The notes below the pieces were generated by a model that saw only the letters and a program-made list of their open reading frames with translations, made no database searches and had not been told where the DNA came from. 64,000 bases of DNA from an uncultured Nitrososphaeria archaeon (GTDB taxonomy: Archaea; Thermoproteota; Nitrososphaeria_A; Caldarchaeales; Wolframiiraptoraceae): the NCBI GenBank assembly GCA_964507345.1, contig CAZDPL010000001.1, positions 2,073-66,072 of the forward strand, read 5' to 3'. Below are positions 58,041 to 64,000 of this stretch, in pieces (positions within the stretch are counted from its first letter, which is position 1; every line of letters begins with the position of its first letter). A program made the position numbers and the translations under genes.

Positions 58041-58608
58041 TTATCCTCAAATTTTTCAAAAAAGCTTTAGGAATCAGTTTTCTACGGCATTTAACTTAAG
58101 AAAATAGTCATAAGCGATTTTTCAAGAGTTTTACCATGTGAAGCTGGTTCCATTGGAATAGCTATGGTTGGTGATGAGTGGGAATTTCTCCATTCATATC
58201 TAATACTGGAATGTGAGGAAAACTCGTTTACTATATCTGGATCATCATCACCTTGTATGACCGAGCGCGTTGAAGCAAGCTGGTATGAGATCGCATTTTT
58301 CCACAATGTTCGGTGTATTCAAGTTGTTAGATGCTCATTTGGCTGTGATAATTACTCATCTCACATTTAACATGCAAATCTCAACATGGATGATGAAGAG
58401 TTTCTTTGATGGAGTTTCTAAAGGCTTTGAGGGGTATGCCTTTTGGTTGTTGCGTTTTTGAAGAGGGTCTTTCAGGAAGCGTGTTGCCTGTAAGCTTGTC
58501 TGGTTTGATAACTATGTCGGCGATGCTTTTCATGCTTCATTCTAAATCGATAAATATTACTCTCCAACCAAACAGAGCTGGATACGTTCTAAGCGTCGGT
58601 GGGCATAA

Positions 58609-59409
58609 ATGATGGGTAACTTTAAGATAATCGTTCTGATTAAGCAGGTTCCAGATATTGAGAGAGTGCGATTTGATGTTGAGACTGGTAGGATTGATCG
58701 AAGTTCCGCTCCCGCTGAAACGAATCCCTTTGATCTTAATGCGCTTGAAGCAGCTCTGCAGATAAAGGAGAAGCATGGTGGCGAAGTTACGGTAATCAGT
58801 ATGGGGCCGAGGCAGGCTGAGTCATCTCTGAGGGATGCGTTGGCGAGGGGGGCTGACAGAGCTATACTCCTATCTGATCCGAAGCTTGCTGGAGCCGATA
58901 CTATAGCTACCGCGAGAGCCCTAGCAGCCGCCATCAAGAAAATTTCACAATACGATCTCATAATATGTGGAGAGAAAACGGTTGATGGAGATACTGGTCA
59001 AGTCGGCCCGGAGGTTGCTGAGCTTTTAGGTTTACCGCATGCAGCCTATGTCTGCGAGATCAGGGAGATCACCAAGGAGAAGATAACCGTGGTCTCAGAC
59101 ATGGGTGACAAATACCTCTATGAGCTGAAACTTCCCGCCCTACTCACGGTAACAAAGGAGCTTAACTCTCCGAGACTTCCAACCCTAAAGGACTTGTTAA
59201 AGGCGAGGAGGATTCCTGTGGAAGTTTGGACTGCTGAGGATCTTTCAGACTATGCTTCTCCCGGCGAGCTAGGTTATCAAGGCTCGAAGACGAGAGTCGT
59301 GAAGGTTGTGATCCCAACGACTGAGCATAGGAAGGGTATAGTCTTCCGAGGAGATGACGCCGTGGAGAAGATAGCAGAAATCTTACTCGAGGAGGGATTT
59401 GTAACATGA
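58609..59409 (+). CDS. etfB: Electron transfer flavoprotein beta subunit
   Basis: IIVLIKQVPD...NPFDLNALEAALQIKEKHGGEVTVISMGP is the EtfB/FixA signature. 266 aa. Confidence 0.85.
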   Translation: MMGNFKIIVLIKQVPDIERVRFDVETGRIDRSSAPAETNPFDLNALEAALQIKEKHGGEVTVISMGPRQAESSLRDALARGADRAILLSDPKLAGADTIATARALAAAIKKISQYDLIICGEKTVDGDTGQVGPEVAELLGLPHAAYVCEIREITKEKITVVSDMGDKYLYELKLPALLTVTKELNSPRLPTLKDLLKARRIPVEVWTAEDLSDYASPGELGYQGSKTRVVKVVIPTTEHRKGIVFRGDDAVEKIAEILLEEGFVT

Positions 59410-60407
59410 GTAAGGCAAAAGGTATACTCGTCTACGCGGAGACAACTGATTCAGAAATTCATCCAATCTCCTTCGAGCTTCTCGGAAAAGCACGCGAGAT
59501 AGCGGATAAGCTCAACTTCGAGGTTTGGAGCGTAATCCTCGGCCATAACATATCCGACAAAGCCTCAGAACTAATCTATCATGGAGCTGACAAAGTATAC
59601 GTGTATGATGATGAGCGGCTCCGAGACCTGAATGTGATAGCCTATAAAACCATACTAACGAGTTTAGTCAAGGAGATTGAGCCTGAGATTTTCTTGATAG
59701 GCGCGACACCTTGGGGAAGAAGCCTTGCACCACGAATCGCCGCAGCGCTCAATACCGGGCTTACCGCTGACTGCACAGATCTACAAGTCGATGAGAATGG
59801 TAAAATTATTCAGATAAGACCTGCCTTTACGGGAAATATTCTAGCTCACATAGAGACTGTTAGCAAACCCGTAATGGCGACCATAAGATACAAGGTTATG
59901 AAGCCGATTAAGCGCGACACGAGCAGAAAAGGCGAGATCATAACCAGGAAACCTGAAAAGATTGAAGCAGACGGGATAAAGTGTCTTGGAAAGATTTCGA
60001 GAAGAGAGGTAAATCTCCCTGATGCTGATGTGATCGTGGCTGGAGGCAGAGGCTTAAAGAAGAAAGATGACTTGAAGCTTCTTGAAGAATTGGCAGACCT
60101 CCTTGGAGGAGTTGTTGGAGTCAGCAGACCATTAGTGGATGAGGGCTGGATCTCGAAAGATCATCAAGTTGGATTTAGTGGAAATACAGTTAAGCCAAAG
60201 CTTTACATAGCTTGCGGAATTTCAGGCTCACCTCAACACCTCGCCGGAATGAGAGATTCGAGAATAATCATCGCGATAAATACTGATCCATCAGCACCCA
60301 TATTCAGACACGCGGATTACGGAGTCGTTGCAGATTTGTATGAATTTATACCGAGGTTAATAGCATTACTTAAAGAGGCGAAGAAGCGTGGAAAGCAAGG
60401 TTCTTGA
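59406..60407 (+). CDS. etfA: Electron transfer flavoprotein alpha subunit
   Basis: C-terminal FAD-binding region (KLYIACGISGSPQHLAGMRDSRIIIAINTDPSAPIF). 333 aa. ATGA overlap with etfB. Confidence 0.85.
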   Translation: MSKAKGILVYAETTDSEIHPISFELLGKAREIADKLNFEVWSVILGHNISDKASELIYHGADKVYVYDDERLRDLNVIAYKTILTSLVKEIEPEIFLIGATPWGRSLAPRIAAALNTGLTADCTDLQVDENGKIIQIRPAFTGNILAHIETVSKPVMATIRYKVMKPIKRDTSRKGEIITRKPEKIEADGIKCLGKISRREVNLPDADVIVAGGRGLKKKDDLKLLEELADLLGGVVGVSRPLVDEGWISKDHQVGFSGNTVKPKLYIACGISGSPQHLAGMRDSRIIIAINTDPSAPIFRHADYGVVADLYEFIPRLIALLKEAKKRGKQGS

Positions 60408-61764
60408 GGAGTTAAAGTCCATAGTTGGAGCAGATTGGGTGATAGCTGACAAGGAATCCATAGCGGGCTACCTATATGATGAAACTCCCCTACCGCTTAG
60501 ACCTAAGGCTAGCGAAGACGTCGTGGTTGTTAAGCCGAAAAACGCGGAGGAAGTATCCAAGATAATGAAGCTCGCGAACGAATACAAGATCCCGGTCTTT
60601 CCAAGAGGAGGAGGCACGGGGCTAGTTGGAGCATGTGTGCCGACGATGAATGGAATAATCTTATCCCTAGAGCGCATGAACGAGATAAAAGTAGATGCTG
60701 AAAACTTGATAGCAGAAGCTGGCGCAGGAGCGACTTTGCGAGATTTAATCGACGCCGCTGAAAAAGCTGGACTATCTTTTCCACTCCATCCAGGAGATGA
60801 AGGAGCTCAAATAGGCGGTTTGATTGCCTGTAACGCAGGTGGAGCTAGGGCGATTAAGACTGGTATAATGAGAAACTGCGTCAAAGGAATAGAAGTTGTT
60901 CTCCCGACAGGCGAAATCCTGACACTCGGCGGGAAGATTTTGAAGAATAATGCTGGCTATGATCTAATGCACTTAATCATCGGAAGCGAAGGAACCCTAG
61001 GAATAATAACGAAAGCATGGATAAGGCTGCAGCCGAGAGAAATGGCCTCCGCGACGATAATCGTTCCCTTCGATTCCAGAGAAAAGGCGTTAGCACTCGT
61101 TCCGAAAATCTTTCAGGAAGGACTTATCCCACTAGCCATCGAGTACGTTGAGAAAAATTTAGTTGAGCAAGTGGCTGAAAAACTAGGCTTAACATGGCCC
61201 TGTAACTCAGCCGAATACCAGCTAATGATAATCCTATCTGAGCCGAGCGAAGAAACTCTCCTAACCGGATTGGAAAAACTTCTGGATCTTTGCGAGAAGA
61301 TGGGCGCCAAGGAACCTGTTGTGGCGCAAACTAGGAAGGAACAAGAAGAGATTCTCAAGATTAGGAGCGAAATATATTCGACCCTAAAGCCGAACATGGT
61401 GGACATCCTCGATACAACGGTTCCTCCCGCAAAACTCGTCGAACTAATAAAGACTGTAAATGAGCTGGAGGCAAAATACGGCGTCTACATACCGACATAC
61501 GGGCATGCAGGAGACGGCAACCTCCATCTTCACCTCATGAAATGGAATGGATGGACTGAGGATAAATATGATGAACTTCGCAGCATAATCTATCAGAAAA
61601 CGATAGAGCTCGGCGGAACCATAACTGGAGAACATGGGATAGGCTACCTTAGAAAGAAGTATCTGACCAAGTATCTCGGTGAAAAAACAGTCGAACTAAT
61701 GAGAGAGATCAAGAAAGCCTTCGATCCTAATAACGTGCTCAACCCGGACAAAGTTCTTCCTTAA
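60388..61764 (+). CDS. FAD-linked oxidase (PCMH-type FAD-binding domain; GlcD / D-lactate dehydrogenase-like)
   Basis: N-terminal FAD-binding-4 pattern (VVKPKNAEEVSKIMKLANEYKIPVFPRGGGTGLVG) and a C-terminal FAD-oxidase domain. 458 aa. Overlaps etfA by 20 nt. Confidence 0.8.
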   Translation: MESKVLEELKSIVGADWVIADKESIAGYLYDETPLPLRPKASEDVVVVKPKNAEEVSKIMKLANEYKIPVFPRGGGTGLVGACVPTMNGIILSLERMNEIKVDAENLIAEAGAGATLRDLIDAAEKAGLSFPLHPGDEGAQIGGLIACNAGGARAIKTGIMRNCVKGIEVVLPTGEILTLGGKILKNNAGYDLMHLIIGSEGTLGIITKAWIRLQPREMASATIIVPFDSREKALALVPKIFQEGLIPLAIEYVEKNLVEQVAEKLGLTWPCNSAEYQLMIILSEPSEETLLTGLEKLLDLCEKMGAKEPVVAQTRKEQEEILKIRSEIYSTLKPNMVDILDTTVPPAKLVELIKTVNELEAKYGVYIPTYGHAGDGNLHLHLMKWNGWTEDKYDELRSIIYQKTIELGGTITGEHGIGYLRKKYLTKYLGEKTVELMREIKKAFDPNNVLNPDKVLP

Positions 61765-61827
61765 ATGCGGTACACTTCTCGGCTTCCCACGATATCGTTT
61801 TAACCTATTTTTTCAAATTATTCGGTA

Positions 61828-63138
61828 ATGTTTGGTGAACGTTATGCGAGTAGGACGCCGAGGTGTAGGAGCTTCTTCGAGGAAGCGAGGAAAGTTCTCC
61901 CGGGAGGAGTATCGTATTCAATAAGATATTTCGATCCTTATCCGATTTACGTTTCGAAAGCGAGGGGGCAAAAGATTTGGGATATTGATGGAAACGAGTA
62001 TACGGATTATTGGATAGGCCATGGCGCCTTGATTATGGGTCATAGCTATCCGCCCGTGATAGAGGCTGTTAAGGAGCAATTCGAAGAATACCTCCACGTG
62101 GGTTTTCCCCATGAATGGGAGGTCAGGCTCGCGAAGCAGGTTATAAAAATGGTTGACAGCGTTAAGCTTTTCAGATTCACGAATAGCGGAACCGAGGCAG
62201 CTATGTATTCGACGAGGCTTGCGAGAGCATTCACAAAAAAGAAATTCATCGGTAAGTTCGAGGGAGGCTGGCACGGCGGATATGATTGCTTGCACATCGG
62301 CGTTTATCCGCCATATGACGCTCCGGGAAGCCTTGGAATATTGGATGAGTGTTTGAAGTATACGTTAGTTTTGCCGTATAACGATTTGGAGGGCGTTAGA
62401 CAAAAGGTAAAGGGCGTAGATTTAGCTGCGATAATAGTTGAGCCCGTGCTGGGTGCGGGCGGCTCAATACCAGCTGAAAGGGATTTTCTGAAAGGTTTGC
62501 GGGAACTTTGCGACGAAATGGATGCGCTACTAATCTTCGATGAAGTGATCACAGGCTTTAGGCTATCACCTGGAGGAGCTCAAAAACTCTACGGAGTAAC
62601 CCCTGATCTAACAGTTTTCGGAAAGATTCTCGGAGGAGGCGAATTCCCAGTTGGAGGATTCGGCGGACGCGAAGACATAATGGAGCTCCTCGATCAATTG
62701 AAATATCCAGAAGCACATGAAAGAGCCTTCCAAGGAGGAACATTCGCCGCGAACCCGATAACGACTAGGGCCGGATACACTCTACTAAAAGAACTGGATG
62801 AAAATCCCGGGATCTATCAGAAGATAAATTCTCTGGGAGAGAAGGCGATGAAGGAGATCGAAGACCTATTCCAAAGATATGATTTCAAAGCACACGTAAC
62901 GGGAATCGGATCCATGTTCGGAATACATTTTACACCGGAAAAGCCTAAGGACGCGAGGGCGGCTCAGACGCTCAAGGATCAGAAATTGGCAGAATCCTTC
63001 TTTAAGCATATGCTGGATAACGGGGTGTTATACATGACTCAAAGCATGCCGCATCTCTACGTTTCAGCAGCACATACAAGCGAAGACATAGACAACCTCG
63101 TATCATTCGTCGAAGACTTCATTCGAAAAACCCGCTAA
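61828..63138 (+). CDS. Class III (PLP-dependent) aminotransferase, glutamate-1-semialdehyde aminomutase-like
   Basis: GxxxWDIDGNEYTDY, FTNSGTEA, LLIFDEVITGFR and FGKILGGG motifs (K is the PLP lysine). 436 aa. Confidence 0.8.
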   Translation: MFGERYASRTPRCRSFFEEARKVLPGGVSYSIRYFDPYPIYVSKARGQKIWDIDGNEYTDYWIGHGALIMGHSYPPVIEAVKEQFEEYLHVGFPHEWEVRLAKQVIKMVDSVKLFRFTNSGTEAAMYSTRLARAFTKKKFIGKFEGGWHGGYDCLHIGVYPPYDAPGSLGILDECLKYTLVLPYNDLEGVRQKVKGVDLAAIIVEPVLGAGGSIPAERDFLKGLRELCDEMDALLIFDEVITGFRLSPGGAQKLYGVTPDLTVFGKILGGGEFPVGGFGGREDIMELLDQLKYPEAHERAFQGGTFAANPITTRAGYTLLKELDENPGIYQKINSLGEKAMKEIEDLFQRYDFKAHVTGIGSMFGIHFTPEKPKDARAAQTLKDQKLAESFFKHMLDNGVLYMTQSMPHLYVSAAHTSEDIDNLVSFVEDFIRKTR

Positions 63139-63147
63139 CTTTCAAAA

Positions 63148-64000
63148 TCATTCTCTCATGTATGGTCTAAGTATTGCTCGCGGCGCTCTGGACTTCTTTC
63201 CTAGGATTGCTGAAAGAGCGACCGTTAATATGTATGGGATTGATTGGAAGAATTGATATGGTATCTGGACGACTACGGTTACGAGCCAAGCCTGCAAAGC
63301 GTTTAGGAATCCGAAGAATAGGCATGCCGCCCAAATCCAAGCCGGCTCCCAGTTTCCTAGAACAACGAGGGCCATGGCTATCCAGCTCCACTCTCCTCCC
63401 ACGTTTAAGTTAAACGATCTCAAATCCACAAGCGAGTAGAAAGCTCCTCCAATAGCCATTAAAGCTCCTCCAATTATGGTTGCTGCATATCTCGCGGCAT
63501 GAACTCTGACGAGGGAAGCGTCTGCCGCTCTCGGATTCTCTCCAACGGACTTGATTATGAGACCCCACTTAGTCTTAGTTAGAATGAATGCCAGAACGAC
63601 TGGAAGAACATATACGCCGATATAGACGTAGGGGTTCTGAGAGAATAGCGGCCCTATGAATGGAAGGTTTGCTAATGGTCCAAGTTTAAGAGTTGGGGTC
63701 GATGGCACGGTTGGCTCGACCAGCGGCGACCCTATCAAGACCCTATGTATGAAGTATGTCAAGTTCATGGCGTAGAAGGTTACCGCTATTCCTGCGATAT
63801 GCTGCTGATTTCCAAGGCTCACGACCAGGAATGCGTGAAGCAATCCAAACAATGCTCCTATTAATGCTGCGGCAAGCACTCCAATCAATATGTTTCCTGA
63901 GAAGTATGCTGCCATAAATCCCCAACCAGCTCCAGCAATCATTATTCCTAAAATCCCCAGGTTTATGACCCCGGATTTTTCTGTGAGCATCTCTCCGAAG
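63148..64000 (-). CDS. ABC transporter permease (multi-TM), N-terminus probably beyond the window edge
   Basis: Hydrophobic multi-helix protein. The reading frame stays open upstream of the first Met through position 64000. Confidence 0.6.
   Translation of the reverse strand, partial: FGEMLTEKSGVINLGILGIMIAGAGWGFMAAYFSGNILIGVLAAALIGALFGLLHAFLVVSLGNQQHIAGIAVTFYAMNLTYFIHRVLIGSPLVEPTVPSTPTLKLGPLANLPFIGPLFSQNPYVYIGVYVLPVVLAFILTKTKWGLIIKSVGENPRAADASLVRVHAARYAATIIGGALMAIGGAFYSLVDLRSFNLNVGGEWSWIAMALVVLGNWEPAWIWAACLFFGFLNALQAWLVTVVVQIPYQFFQSIPYILTVALSAILGKKSRAPRAILRPYMRE

Noticed and set aside
58091-58612. Five short overlapping ORFs (61-71 aa) on both strands in the AT-rich gap
   Set aside because: They are mutually exclusive. 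There is no ribosome-binding site, their composition is odd (Cys/His/Ser-rich), and none has a recognisable motif. The region is treated as non-coding or RNA-coding (see finding).
1-64000. CRISPR arrays, IS elements, integrases, prophage blocks
   Set aside because: No spaced direct-repeat arrays and no transposase, integrase or capsid-like ORFs were seen. Gene content is contiguous housekeeping with tight spacing throughout.

Overview
This 64 kb window reads as archaeal chromosomal core with dense housekeeping genes on both strands. Recognised genes include thermosome, TFE, Alba, aIF2-beta, RpoK, L40e, prefoldin, PAC2, proteasome beta, Pth2, aTrm56, AspRS and FtsY, and there are two 73-nt tRNAs without encoded CCA. 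GC is about 50%, and TTG/GTG starts plus GGAGG-type ribosome-binding sites are frequent. The lineage looks like a thermophilic TACK/Thermoproteota-like archaeon, but I cannot assign it from sequence alone. I found no CRISPR array, transposase, integrase or obvious prophage. Main functional blocks: (1) ftsY and pfdA with uncharacterised wHTH and MazG-like genes, then ahcY and aIF2-beta. (2) thermosome, rpoK, myo-inositol-1-phosphate synthase, PadR, HAD-IIA, Lrp, an HDAC-like gene, Hsp20 and PAC2. (3) acs, hmgA, a DUF99 gene and dph5. (4) an ECF transporter (S, fused A-A', T), a phosphoribosyltransferase and RibL, with a divergent RbkR-type riboflavin kinase/regulator downstream of psmB. (5) SAM hydrolase, an ATP-cone/PD-(D/E)xK protein, rtcA, NMNAT, pth2, truD, rhomboid, yjbQ and tatD. 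(6) a branched-chain amino-acid supercluster, ilvD | ilvB-ilvN-ilvC-leuC-leuD-leuB-[tupABC]-leuA, closed by a TrmB regulator. (7) a MacB-like ABC ATPase, a CARDB-repeat surface protein and an FtsX-like permease. (8) aspS, alba, rpl40e, tRNA-Val(CAC), tfe, trm56, tRNA-Val(GAC), then etfB-etfA, an FAD-linked oxidase and a class-III aminotransferase. Two small genes are missing from the >=60-aa ORF track: L40e (53 aa) and a ribbon-helix-helix protein (46 aa). The most intriguing unexplained element is a GC-rich ~250-nt unit at 4153-4403. It is closed by a 14-bp terminal helix, has a TATA-like box upstream and an oligo-T tract downstream, and sits in the ftsY/pfdA neighbourhood. It is either a structured RNA or a small membrane protein. 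All family assignments are from motif-level reading of the translations. No database search was run.
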